Shown piece by piece: positions 28,165-48,461 of a stretch of DNA of 64,000 bases. The first letter of the stretch is position 1; each line of letters opens with the position of its first letter. Location of the stretch: positions 11,594,001 to 11,658,000 of the forward strand of contig OZ024755.1 in assembly GCA_964016885.1 (NCBI GenBank), written 5' to 3'. A model generated the notes under the pieces. The model ran no database searches. It was not told the DNA's origin and saw only the letters and a list, made by a program, of their open reading frames with translations. Position numbers and translations under genes: made by a program. The stretch is from Eledone cirrhosa (taxonomy: Eukaryota).

Positions 28165-28390
28165 TTTATGTATATATATATTTATGTATATATATATGTA
28201 TATATATATATATATATTTATGTATATATATATTTATGTATATATATATTTATGTATTAGAAAGTGGTTTTTTTTACAAAATGAAAAATAACCGGTGTCC
28301 TACACGAGTGAAAGTATAAAGAAAAAGGGATTAAATCGAAAATGCAACTTGAGTCTTATTTTAAAAAAAAATATATATATTTATTTGGTT

Positions 28391-28428
28391 CCTTTACCGG
28401 TTTCGCAGTTCTTCTGCTTTTCAAAAGG
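28391..28428 (-). ncRNA. Minimal type-I hammerhead ribozyme motif, family E (U3-A8 variant)
   Basis: Minus strand: CCUU-UUGAAAA-GCAG aagaa CUGC-GAAA-CCGG-UA-AAGG, then 'aaccaAATAAA' and (TA)n. Confidence 0.8.
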
Positions 28429-28891
28429 TGAGTTGAGATGGAGAGTCTGTGGTTTTTCTCACATCTGGTTGGTCTCTGAATGTTACTTGTTTTATATGGA
28501 ATGTATACATATATTTATGTATATATATATATATATTTATGTATATATATATATATATATATATTTATGTATATATATATATATATTTATGTATATATAT
28601 ATATATATTTATGTATATATATATATATATTTATGTATATATATATATATATTTATGTATATATATATATATATTTATGTATATATATATATATATTTAT
28701 GTATATATATATATATATTTATGTATATATATATATATATTTATGTATATATATATATATATTTATGTATATATATATATATATTTATGTATATATATAT
28801 ATATATTTATGTATATATATATATATATTTATGTATATATATATATATATTTATGTATATATATATATTTATGTATATATATATATATATT

Positions 28892-28932
<41 letters not shown>

Positions 28933-28991
28933 GTATATATATATATTTATGTATATATATATATATATTTATGTATATATATATATATATT

Positions 28992-29028
<37 letters not shown>

Positions 29029-29043
29029 GTATATATATATATA

Positions 29044-29132
<89 letters not shown>

Positions 29133-29135
29133 GTG

Positions 29136-29168
<33 letters not shown>

Positions 29169-29255
29169 GTATATATATATATATATACATATATATGTAT
29201 ATATATATATATATATACATATATATGTGTATATATATATATATACATATATATA

Positions 29256-29352
<97 letters not shown>

Positions 29353-29407
29353 GTGTATATATATATATACATATATATATGTGTATATATATATATATAC
29401 ATATATA

Positions 29408-29507
<100 letters not shown>

Positions 29508-29546
29508 CATATATACATATATACATATATATATATACATATATAC

Positions 29547-29595
<49 letters not shown>

Positions 29596-29596
29596 C

Positions 29597-30079
<483 letters not shown>

Positions 30080-30154
30080 TACACATATATATATATATAT
30101 ACACATATACACATATATATATATATATACACATATATATATATATATATACAC

Positions 30155-30233
<79 letters not shown>

Positions 30234-30247
30234 TATATATATATATA

Positions 30248-30291
<44 letters not shown>

Positions 30292-30313
30292 CACATATAT
30301 ATATATATATATA

Positions 30314-30411
<98 letters not shown>

Positions 30412-30419
30412 CACATATA

Positions 30420-30455
<36 letters not shown>

Positions 30456-30461
30456 CACATA

Positions 30462-30541
<80 letters not shown>

Positions 30542-30554
30542 TATATATATATAT

Positions 30555-30590
<36 letters not shown>

Positions 30591-30591
30591 C

Positions 30592-30654
<63 letters not shown>

Positions 30655-30655
30655 C

Positions 30656-30726
<71 letters not shown>

Positions 30727-30785
30727 GTATATATATGTATATATATATATGTATATATATGTATATATATATATGTATATACATG

Positions 30786-30817
<32 letters not shown>

Positions 30818-30818
30818 C

Positions 30819-30865
<47 letters not shown>

Positions 30866-30918
30866 TATATATATATATATATATAGATATATATATATAT
30901 ATATATACATATATATAC

Positions 30919-30949
<31 letters not shown>

Positions 30950-31181
30950 ATTATGTATATACATATTTATGTATATACACATTTATGTATATACACATTT
31001 ATGTATATACATATTTATGTATATACCTATTTATGTATATACCTATTTATGTATATACCTATTTATGTATATACATATTTATGTATATACATATTTATGT
31101 ATATATATATTTATGTATATATATATTTATGTATATATATATTTATGTATATATATATTTATGTATATATATATATATATT

Positions 31182-31228
<47 letters not shown>

Positions 31229-31359
31229 GTATATATATATATATATATTTATGTATATTTATTTATGTATGTATATATATATATATTTATGTATATATAG
31301 TTATGTACATTCACACATATATACACATATATATATACACACATTCATATATATATATT

Positions 31360-31700
31360 GGGAGGAGGGGAAAGTCTATTAAATCGACCCAAGTGCGTTT
31401 ACTGGTACTTTATTTTATCGATCCCGCAAAAACTAAAGGCAAAGCTAATCACGGCAGTATTTGGAATGAGAATGTAAAGGGACGTAATTTTATGCCTCGA
31501 AGCATGGTGCTCGACGCTTCACTGATACTGTTAATCGACCACCATTAAGTATTTCTGATTTAGGCATGGGGTCAGCAATTTTGGGGACAGGAGCAAGTCG
31601 ACTAAGTCGTTCCCACGGCATTACTGGTGTTTTATATTATCAACCTCGTAAGGATGTTAGGCAAAGTTAAAGCCGGCAGCATTTGAACTCAGAACGTAAC
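31360..31700 (-). mobile_element. Two diverged main SINE copies (31360-31543, 31551-31700)
   Basis: Reverse-complement matches; long-tail variant. Confidence 0.75.
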
Positions 31701-33490
31701 TATATCCCGGGATGAAGAAAGAAAAGTAATATAAGGCGATAGTGGTGGTGGTCGTGGTGGTGGTTGTAGAAGGAGAAGAAGAATAAGGATGGGAAAAGAA
31801 GAAACCCCACCACTAAGAATACCATCACCACCACCACCACCACCATCACAACCTCATCAAATCACTAGTTATAATTTTAGGAAACAGTACCACGCCATCA
31901 CTACTACTAAAGTTCCCTCTAGAATAAGGTGTAATTTATTTTTGGCTTTCATTTAGCATGTGATGCCCATTTGGTGTTGATGGTGATTTATAGGCGAGAA
32001 TAATGTACAGCATGCCAACAACCAATGTAATTAACTATTATATAAACAAATCTCCCCCAACGAAACCTTCCTTATTATTATATCTTCATCGTATACAATA
32101 GCTGTCACTCGCTTCTTGATTATGAATAGCCATTTAATGTGAACGCCGCCTATATGGAGCACAATTTAATGCCAGTGTTCAGAGAACTTCCCCGTCGACT
32201 GCCTGTCACAATACACGAGTTTTAATCACAAGTAAACCTGAGTACAACATTTGTGTAATAACTTCCACCATAACTATTAATTCTATAGTATAGTTTACCA
32301 CTGTCACTACACAGGTTTTAATTACAAGCAGGCCTGATTATATCATTTGAATACCGTATATATATTCTTGTAATAGTCGATCCCATGTGAAAGTTAACGT
32401 CCTACTTAAACACACCTCCATGCAATCTGGAATTTTCCATGGATCTCATGTAAAGGGTCAACCTGGTTCTTTACGAGTAATACGTTTATGAATGAAGGTC
32501 TCTTCTAATTATATATTACGATGAAGAAATTTTACCACACATTTAAGACCTGATGTATGCAAGTGAAAATACTTATAAGAGCTACGCGTCTTATATGTTT
32601 TAGTTGTACTATGTGTACTTTTATCTGTAGAAACATCCGTATTATTAATCTATTTCATTTTTAAAAACTTTCCATTCATTTACAATTATCTTGGGGTTCT
32701 GTTTATTGAGACAATATTTTGTATTGTAGTGTCAATTTCAGTCTCTTAGGAAATAGTATCTCTGTAATAGTCAACCTCATAAATTTAATCAGAAAACATT
32801 GTCTAAAGAATATCACTGTTACATGAGTATATATGATTAATATCTTCCAACAGAGCTATTAGCAATGTAGGCACTGCCTGGTTTAGCAGTGTACTTATGT
32901 GTGCACAGGGCCCGGTGGCCAGGATAGGAGGCGTCCATCCTCCTGCTGAAAATATTTTTACCTCCTTACGGGCCCAATAACTTAACTAGCACAGGGCCCC
33001 ATTTGTCCTAAATCCGACACTGAATGTAGGCTAGTTGACCACCGTAGGGGAGAAAAAGAAAAAAACTAAGGCTGTCCTTAAATTTATAAGTTCAGAGAAA
33101 AGGAAATTGGTAGGATTTGAATTGTATCAATTCATAAGAACCTTGTAGATTTATGTCCATAGTTTTGACAGTGCTAAGTGGTCGACATACAACGATATCA
33201 CTCAAGCAAGACAGGAATCATATAGCCTGGAAAGATTTCGGTGTAAATTCACACATATCTCGATATATATCAATGACATACGAGAGTGGTCTAAAATATT
33301 CATATGTCTACTATGAAAGAGTGATGCTAGAACTGTGAAATCTTGCCTGCATTAATTTCAACTCTTCTTAGAAATAATTGCATTGCTTCTTTCCAGAGAC
33401 ATGTTGAAAAATAAATCTCATTTGGTCATTCCATGAAAGTATCTTATATAAATTTTGTGTATTAATTATCTGCTGGAAAAGAAGTTCATT

Positions 33491-33567
<77 letters not shown>

Positions 33568-34010
33568 GCAAATGAATTATATATGTGTGTGTGTGTGTAT
33601 ATATAAATGTATATATATATATATATATATATTTACCTTTTCCACAGAAATACTCATCATATATATATATATGTGTGTGTATTTATATAAATATATCTGT
33701 GTGTATGTGTAAAGGAAAAAAGAGAGCAAACGGGCAATGATGTAATTAATAGATATCTAGTGGTAAATCAAAGAAAATGTACTATCATATATATCTAGAT
33801 TAGAACTGGTATAGACTGTAAAAATCAATAGCTGAGAAGAAATTGCAGACGACAGTTAAATCAGCGATACATCGTCAGCAATGAGACAGATATATTAACG
33901 AGAATAGCATAGCGTGAAACTTGCCAGTTCTTAGCGACACTTGGAGAATAAGTAATATTCAGTTTCTTCATCAAACTTTAATAATAAATGTCGATTATAA
34001 TATAATATAA

Positions 34011-34226
34011 GGGCGGTAGATTGGCAGTATCGGTAGAGGGTCGGACGCCATGCTTTACAGCATAGATTTACGGCTCTTTATGATCTGAGTTCAAATCCCG
34101 CCGAGGTTAACTTTGCCTTTCATCCTTACGGGGTCGATAAAATAAAGTAGCAATCACGTATTGTGGTCGGTTAAATCGACTTTCTCCTTCCCCAAAATTG
34201 TTGGCCTTGTGCCTATATTAGAAACC
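34011..34226 (+). mobile_element. Main SINE, long-tail variant
   Basis: Full head and central domain, plus an extra 'gtcggttaaatcgactttctccttcccc' segment before the tail. Confidence 0.9.
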
Positions 34227-34264
34227 ATTATAATATATATATATATAATATAGAGAGTGTTTCA

Positions 34265-34400
34265 ACAGCTAGATCTAGAACTAGCTGTGTAAACGGGAAG
34301 CGCTCATTTTCGAGCCCCGACGCGTTATAATATAGCTATACTCAACTATCCCAAGTATCGAGTACTCTGATGAGTGATGGTCTAACTAGTTTTATCTGGT
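34265..34400 (+). mobile_element. Unclassified short repeat family X, copy 2
   Basis: Matches 6408-6522 and 36621-36727. Confidence 0.65.
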
Positions 34401-34408
34401 TTTATCCT

Positions 34409-34447
<39 letters not shown>

Positions 34448-35435
34448 GCACACATATATATATTCACACCTACAAACCCACATATTTGTACACACATACC
34501 CCAACTCACAAAATATATATATAGTTCTAGTGAGTTCTTGATGAATCGTTTGGACTTTTACATTTGCCTTCTGGCACATTTGGCAGCTGTAATCAGTTGA
34601 ACGCAGGAGAGAAATGTCTGTCTTATGCACAGATGTCAGGTTTGCATGGTAATCAATCTAGTTGCGCAGGCGTAGAAACATTTTCACCATAGATTTGACT
34701 TTTCTCATGAATCATTCTTGTTGTTTTTTAGTCCCAGATCGGCCCTAATTAACCCTTTCGTTTTCTTATTTCTAATAAATTACGTGGCCAATAGTTTTCA
34801 AATAATTTTGAAGATAATATAAATTCGGAGTTATTTAGTAATATATCTAAGTTTCTTATTATTAAAAATATGTTTAGAACATAGCTTAGCAATGTTCCTT
34901 GTATAAAATTTTACTGGACGATTTTTTTAATATAATATAAACACTTTATCTCTTTCATTACTAAATGAAACACAGCGCAAATGATTTTCAATTAATTCTG
35001 ACAATAATCAATTTAGAAATATAACTGAGTTTTTCATTAAGAGGTTATTTGGATCATATCTTAAAGGTTCTCACCTAAAAGTATGATGGAGAAATTTTAG
35101 ATAAATATGAACACTTTAAAACTAACATTTTTGTATCATAGAACCAGAGGTGATTTTGTTATCAACCGTGTTAAACAAAGCAGTCACAGGAATTATCGTT
35201 TAAAAAATATATTTGGGACTGCATTCTTCAATATAGTCTTTCTCTAATAAAATAATTTGACTTCTATTTCTAGCATGCTGAGTTAACACGGACAGAAGGA
35301 GTCCCTAAATGGTGGATATTGAGCCCCAAGTGTAGATAGAGTATTCCGGAGGTCGTACTCACCATGTATTTCTCAGGGAGATTCAGCGTGATACACTGTA
35401 TGACAAGGCTGGCTTTTTGAATTATAATTGCAACT

Positions 35436-35730
35436 AGTAGTAGTAATAGTAGTGATAGTAGTGGTGGTGGTGGTGATAGTGGTGATAGTGGAGGTGATGG
35501 TGGTGGTAGTGGCAGTAATGGTGGTTGTATTAGTAATATTAATAGCAGTAGTAGTGGTTGTAGTGGTAGTGGTAGTGGTTGTGGTTGTAGTGGTAGTGGC
35601 TGTGGTGGTAGTAGCAGTAGCAATGATATCAGTAGTAGAATAGCATAGCAACAGCAATGATAGTAATAGCAGGAGCAACAACAGCATTACAATTAGAAGC
35701 GGCTGTGGTGGTGGTAGTAGAGGCAGTAGT
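35436..35730. repeat. Degenerate (GTA/GTG)n trinucleotide repeat
   Basis: Read directly. Explains the poly-T and poly-V ORFs. Confidence 0.85.
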
Positions 35731-36566
35731 GATTTATCTAAAAACTATTACTAAGTTAGTTGTAGAAGTGAGCGGAGGTGTTATATGTTACGCCTGGCGT
35801 TGTTTTAAAAACTGGGGAAAGAAAAATTTGATCGTCGTTGTTGAATATTTATGAACAGTCAAAAATATATAACACAGATGAAGTGTTTAATGGAGAATTT
35901 GACGGCGACAACACATAGATACATAAATGAGACAGTAAAGTTTATATATCTATATGAATAAAGAAATCTAGAGATAATATAGGATGTAGAAGTAATACAT
36001 GTAAGCATGCGTATGTACATATACATACACACATATTCACACACTCATATATACGGACACATAAACCACCATACACATATACATACACACACATATATAT
36101 ATATATCTTAACTATAATAAAGAAAGGAGTGCGGGACTCCGTCCAGAATATTTTTTTTTTACCCCGTTTGTAAAATATGTTGGATTACTTTGAATAAATA
36201 ATGAATGAATATTACATAATTTATGTGCTAAATTTCGTGGCTGTTGATTAAATATATTTTATAGCTTATTTAAAGATTCAATTTTTTAACATTTTCAAAT
36301 GTCAACACTTCCGGTTAGCGGCCGTTATATTATAACACTTATAAAAATACCGCATATATTTCCGTCGCTAATTTTCTCCTAATGCAGTTTATATATAATA
36401 TCGTCTTTTTTTAAATGTATCATGGATTACTTTACTGATTACAGAAGACAGTGTAACAGACTTCGTTCAATTTCTGTGTATATTGTCAATTACGATTTTA
36501 TTTGATGTATCATATCTACATGTATATATATTTATGTATAATATATCAATATACACATAACACATG

Positions 36567-36604
36567 CTAGCAGAAAACCACCCGAAGGGTGGTTTTTCTG
36601 CTAG
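36567..36604. other. Strong hairpin with CTAG ends and a GAA loop (possible Helitron-type terminus)
   Basis: ctagcagaaaaccaccc-gaa-gggtggtttttctgctag: a 17-bp stem with one bulged T. Confidence 0.45.
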
Positions 36605-36620
36605 TATATATAAGGATTGG

Positions 36621-36727
36621 ACCAGTTTTAAACTAGTTAGACCATTATTCAATAAAGTACACGATACATGCGATAGTCTGGAACTAGCTGTTGAAACGAC
36701 AAGAGCTCAGCCTTCGGGTCCCGATTC
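36621..36727. mobile_element. Family X copy 3, rearranged (3' half inverted in front of the 5' half)
   Basis: 36621-36675 is the reverse complement of the 34345-34400-type segment. 36677-36727 matches 34274-34320 and 6411-6445 in forward orientation. Confidence 0.55.
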
Positions 36728-37592
36728 TTTCTAATATATATATATGTGTGTGTGTGTGTATGTGTACAAACGCACACAAATACATACACATATTTACATA
36801 GAGACATTGGTTGTTGGACACCCATCAGTTCCAACGATGAGTCTTCCATTTTTACGTTATCGACCAGCGGGAACGATAAAAAGCAAAGTTGACGACAGCA
36901 ATACATGTGCTCAGAACTGAAATAACCGGAACAAACAGCGCACATCACATTGTCCGATGCTCCACCAATCCAGCAAATCGAACGCCCTAACACTGTTAGT
37001 AACAATTCTAGCTGTTAACATTTATTCATATAGTTAAAGAGAGTCTTTGTGAGTATGTACTTATAGCATGTTGAATATAATGTCTTCTTATAGCACGTTC
37101 GATGTAAAGATATTTTACTGAACGGTTATCTAGTTACTTGCTAACTTAAAGTATCAACAGCAACGACACCAAAACAAATAGTAAAGAAACTTTAATAAAC
37201 TATCATATTATTCAAAAGGAGAGGATTAATCGTTTATCCGCTTAACTCTTATAGAAAGCTGCAAGTGAATGCCGGCCCTGTCATTAATGAATGGCAGTTG
37301 AAAGGATTATATTAAACTTCTCGATAACTGATAATCCAGTTTTAATATCAGGTTGTTTCTGTTAAAAAGCAGGAAATGTAACATAAAAAACAGACAAAAT
37401 ACGTACAAAGACAAACTGTTATACCCACACACACAAAATACAATATCACAAACAAAAATACAATATCACAAACAAAAATACAACACATCTCTCCAACATG
37501 TTTGCTTATCAACTTATGTGTAATCCAACGTACACACCTCACCCGTACTTCATATGAATCAACACAAGCACAACGAAATATACACACAGACT

Positions 37593-43272
<5,680 letters not shown>

Positions 43273-43472
43273 NNNNNNNNNNNNNNNNNNNNNNNNNNNN
43301 NNNNNNNNNNNNNNNNNNNNNNNNNNNNNNNNNNNNNNNNNNNNNNNNNNNNNNNNNNNNNNNNNNNNNNNNNNNNNNNNNNNNNNNNNNNNNNNNNNNN
43401 NNNNNNNNNNNNNNNNNNNNNNNNNNNNNNNNNNNNNNNNNNNNNNNNNNNNNNNNNNNNNNNNNNNNNNNN
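43273..43472. other. Assembly gap (200 N)
   Basis: A run of exactly 200 n, which looks like a fixed-size scaffold join. Confidence 1.
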
Positions 43473-43711
43473 CTTCTTATGTCAATGCACAAAACACAAA
43501 AGTCCGGCCAGCCAACTACTGAAACCCACCTCAGAAATGGACCTTATAAATAAACAAGTTCCCGATACACAACGCTGCCAGATGAAGCAACAAAGCTAAA
43601 ATATCAAAATCGCTACAACTTTTCTTTTTCAGGAAATACACTTCAGACACATTGACTGCTCATTCAGTTAATTTTTGAATGTTTCAAGTTCAATGGTATG
43701 TTAAACAACTC

Positions 43712-43732
43712 ATATATATATATATATGTGAT

Positions 43733-43788
<56 letters not shown>

Positions 43789-45342
43789 CGATATATATAT
43801 ATACGATATATATATATATACGATATATATATATACGATATATATATATACGATATATATATATATACGATATATATATATATACGATATATATATATAC
43901 GATATATATATATATACGATATATATATATATACGATATATATATATACGATATATATATATACGATATATATATATACGATATATATATATATACGATA
44001 TATATATATACGATATATATATATACGATATATATATATACGATATATATACGATATATATATATATGATATATATATGATATATATATATATATATGAT
44101 ATATATATACATGATATATATATATATATGATATATATATATATGATATATATATATATATGATATATATATATATGATATATATATACATGATATATAT
44201 ATATATATGATATATATATATATGATATATATATATATATGATATATATATATATGATATATATATGATATATATATATATATATATGATATATTTATAT
44301 ATATATATATGATATATTTATATATATATAATATATATATGATATATATATATATATGATATATATATATATATATGATATATATATATATATATGATAT
44401 ATATGATATATATATATATGATATATATATATATGATATATATATATGATATATATATATATGATATATATATATATGATATATATATATATGATATATA
44501 TATATGATATATATATATATGATATATATATATATGATATATATATATATGATATATATATATGATATATATATATATGATATATATATATGATATATAT
44601 ATATATGATATATATATGATATATATATATATGATATATATATATATGATATATATATATATGATATATATGATATATATATGATATATATATATATGAT
44701 ATATATGATATATATATGAACATATATATGATATATATATTTATGACATATATATGATATATATATATATGATATATATATATGATATATTTATGATATA
44801 TATATATATGATATATATATATGATATATTTATGATATATATATATATGATATATTTATGATATATATATATATGATATATATATGATATATATATATAT
44901 GATATATATATGATATATATATATATATGTCATAATATATGATATATATATTTATGACATATATATGATTTATATATGATATATTTATATATATGATATA
45001 TTTATGATATATATATATATGATATATTTATGATATATATATATATGATATATATATATGATATATATATGATATATATATATATGTTATATATATGATA
45101 TATATATATATGTTATAATATATGATATATATATATATATATGATATATATATATATGTTATATATATGATATATATATATTATATATATGATATATATA
45201 TATATGTTATATATATGATATATATATATATATATGATATATATATGATATATATATGATATATATATATGATATATATATATAGCATATTTATATATAT
45301 ATTTATATATATATGATATATATATATATCATATATTATATA

Positions 45343-45389
<47 letters not shown>

Positions 45390-45550
45390 ATACTTTATGA
45401 TATACATATATATGATATATTTATATATATATATATTATATATATATATATATCCATATATTTATATATATATTTATATATATATGATATATTTATTATA
45501 TATATATATATATATATAGTATATATATAATATATATATATATATATAAT
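43712..45550. repeat. (TA)n array interrupted by CGA and then TGA
   Basis: 'tacga' units at about 43786-44055, 'tatga' units afterwards. Confidence 0.95.
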
Positions 45551-45898
45551 GTGTGCAGAGAGAGAAAAGCGAGAGAATGAGTATTATAAAAATACTTAAA
45601 TAAATATCAACATAGATTCAGAGATGGTGTACACGATGGTGTACGTGATACTTGTCTGTGTGTTTCTACAGTCAATAAATATTACAAAAATTGTGATGGT
45701 GTTTATATGTCTGTCTGTATATATGTTAGATAGAGAATGGCAATGAAATCGAGAATGGAACTATTACAAACATACTTCAGATATGATATAACAAGTTACG
45801 CAATATTTGTCTGTGTGTTCGTACAGTCATCACATAGAAAATTGTGAGAGCCTGCGTGTATCTGTAAAGCTGTGTGCAGGCTTGTATCTATGTATGTA

Positions 45899-46061
<163 letters not shown>

Positions 46062-47185
46062 CATTTATCTTTCTGATTTGGTTTCCTCATTTAATCTTCT
46101 TTGACTATTTCTTTCCCGAGATTTTTCTTCTTCGTCTTCGTTCACTTTTCCTTTTTTTTTGTTTGTTCTTTTCATTTATTTGTCTGTTCGTCTTGTTTTT
46201 TTTATTTTTTTTCTATTTTATTTTTTTATTTTCTTCTTTAGTATTTGGTCTCTTTCTCCTTTTTACGATCTTTTTCTTTCACATCTTTTCTACTTCATTC
46301 TTCATTAAATTCTCTCTTCTTCACCAGAATATAATACTGGAATCAATTTAATCAATTAACTACACACCCAGAAATTTCTCACCATGTTCCTATGTTGTAG
46401 CAAACGTGTTGTTATGAATGTGTTTATTTTTCCAGGGATCGTTAGACCGTTTTTTTGCGTTCTGTGTTTAAATACCACCGATGTTTAACATCACCTTTCA
46501 CGTATCCAATACAAAGTCGGTAAAATAACGTAGCAGCAATGTACTGGGGTCAATACAATCGACTTGAAACAAATGCTTAATTAAATTACTTTATATCACA
46601 AACTGATATAATTATATTTTTCTTTTACTTTTTACAGTAATTGGACTATGGCCATGCTGGGGTCCTGCCTTGAGGGGATTTAGAGTATCATATTGATTTT
46701 AGTACATTATCAAACACTTTTTAACAAACCATGTAGACATGGAAACGAACCCCTTAAATATATAAAATAAAATGTATGAGAAGAGGTCTATCTGCCATAA
46801 AGAAGGGGCCATCTTCGGTGAGGGATCATTCTACTGTGATTTGTGACATATCTATTGAGATATTGAAGCCTCACTTGTCCCTGTTATTTGAAATTGACAG
46901 CCACCCACCCGTAAGTCCTACAAAAAACTGATGAGTCAAGCATCAGGACTGTCCAAAACGAGATATGTAGATGTATCTTTCCCGAGACATACTAACGACA
47001 TGTCCGTAGTATCGGAGCTGTGATCGCTCCATTCAGAGAAGTAGCTGCTCCATCGAGCAACGTTCCTCAAAGACACTTCCGGGGAACTCCATTTCGGCTG
47101 CTTGTATTAGCAATCGTATCTCTCTTTTCTCTCTCTCTCTCTCACTCTCATATCAGCCCATACATACATATACGCATTATATATA

Positions 47186-47281
47186 GGTTAACTTTGCCTT
47201 TCATCCTTACGGGATCGATAAAATAAAGTATCTGTAATGTACTGGGTAATTGCTGGTCTTGTGCCAAAAGTAGAAACAATT
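47186..47281 (+). mobile_element. 5'-truncated main SINE
   Basis: Starts at 'ggttaactttgcctttcatcc' and runs to the tail. Confidence 0.85.
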
Positions 47282-47284
47282 GCA

Positions 47285-47319
<35 letters not shown>

Positions 47320-47550
47320 GTGTATATATATATATATATGTGCATATATATATATATAAGCCTCCCATATAATTCCGGTAATGGGATCGTTAAAAATGCA
47401 GTTTTCGATTAATTGAAAACATCCGATGAGAAATAACACAGAGGCGAAAGATAAGGAATAGAGGATAATATGAAAACTTATTTCGTTGTTAACTCATTAT
47501 ACATATTCCTGTTGGTTTAGAATGAAATACAACATTATAGCAAGAAAAAA

Positions 47551-47590
<40 letters not shown>

Positions 47591-47738
47591 ATGCTTTGGG
47601 AGGGTCATGTTGCCAATAAGAAACACACGCACCAGTTGCTTTCACTCCAATTTATTATAAATTAAATTTATAAATTTAAAAATTTATAAATTTCCGGTTG
47701 GTTGGTTGGTTCCACAACCGGACGGCTGTTCATATATT

Positions 47739-47781
47739 GTCAACGTTCTTTCGTCACACATTCTGTGACCTCTTCAGTGAC
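47739..47781 (-). ncRNA. Hammerhead-like motif, family F left arm
   Basis: GUCA-CUGAAGAg-GUCACA gaaug UGUGAC-GAAA-gaac-gU-UGAC. U16.1 is mutated. Confidence 0.6.
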
Positions 47782-47905
47782 TGGTGATTCCTTTCTTTGT
47801 TTTTGTGCCTCTCCTTTGTTCTGTCCTACGCCATCTCCTACAAAAAAACAAGATGGCGTAGGACAGAACAAATGACAGGCACAAAAACAGAGAAAAGCAT
47901 CCCCA

Positions 47906-47948
47906 GCCTCTGAAGAGGTCACATAATGTGTGACGAAAGTACTTTGAC
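47906..47948 (+). ncRNA. Hammerhead-like motif, family F right arm
   Basis: gccu-CUGAAGAg-GUCACA uaaug UGUGAC-GAAA-GUAC-UU-UGAC. Stem III is palindromic (AGUACU) and stem I is damaged. Confidence 0.65.
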
Positions 47949-48241
47949 AATATATGAACAACCGTCCGGTTGTGGAACCAACCAGCCAACCGGAAATTTA
48001 TAAATTCTTAAATTTATAAATTTAATTTATAATAAATTGGAGTGAAAGCAACTGGTGCCTGTGTTTCTTATTGGCAACATGACCCTCCCAAATTTTAACA
48101 ATATCGGTTTCAACACACGTTTTCAGATAAAGAATCTTGCTAAACAAATTCAGAAACGGAATATATATATATATATATATATATAGTAATAATAATAAAT
48201 TAGAAGACTAAAATCCAAAGAGGATTTAATTTGTTATTTTA

Positions 48242-48275
<34 letters not shown>

Positions 48276-48278
<3 letters not shown>

Positions 48279-48461
48279 TCTACGTTAGGCACAAGGCCAG
48301 CAATTACCCAGTGCATTACTGGTACTTTATTTTATCGATCCCGTAAGGATGAAAGGCAAAGTTAATCTTGGCGGGATTTGAACTCAGAATGGCAAGAGCC
48401 GTAACTCTATACGTCAAAGCATGGCGTCCGACCCGCTACCAATACTGCCAATTCACCGCCC
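48276..48461 (-). mobile_element. Main SINE copy
   Basis: Full-length reverse-complement match. Confidence 0.9.

Larger units (their letters stand above)
47584..48104. mobile_element. Long inverted repeat (about 250-bp arms, 14-nt loop), putative head-to-head pseudo-LTR pair (family F)
   Basis: 47584-47836 is an imperfect reverse complement of 47851-48104. Each arm holds a hammerhead-like motif and an outward-facing AATAAA. It starts at a (TA)n tract. Confidence 0.85.

Noticed and set aside
32905-33022. Possible hAT-type MITE (cagggcc...acactg)
   Set aside because: The terminal complementarity is too short and no 8-bp target duplication was seen.
34366-34372. CTGATGA inside family X
   Set aside because: No downstream GAAA or stems, and it is absent from the other copies.
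48100-48130. ctgaaaa...gaaaccgata motif on minus
   Set aside because: Stems I and II do not pair convincingly.
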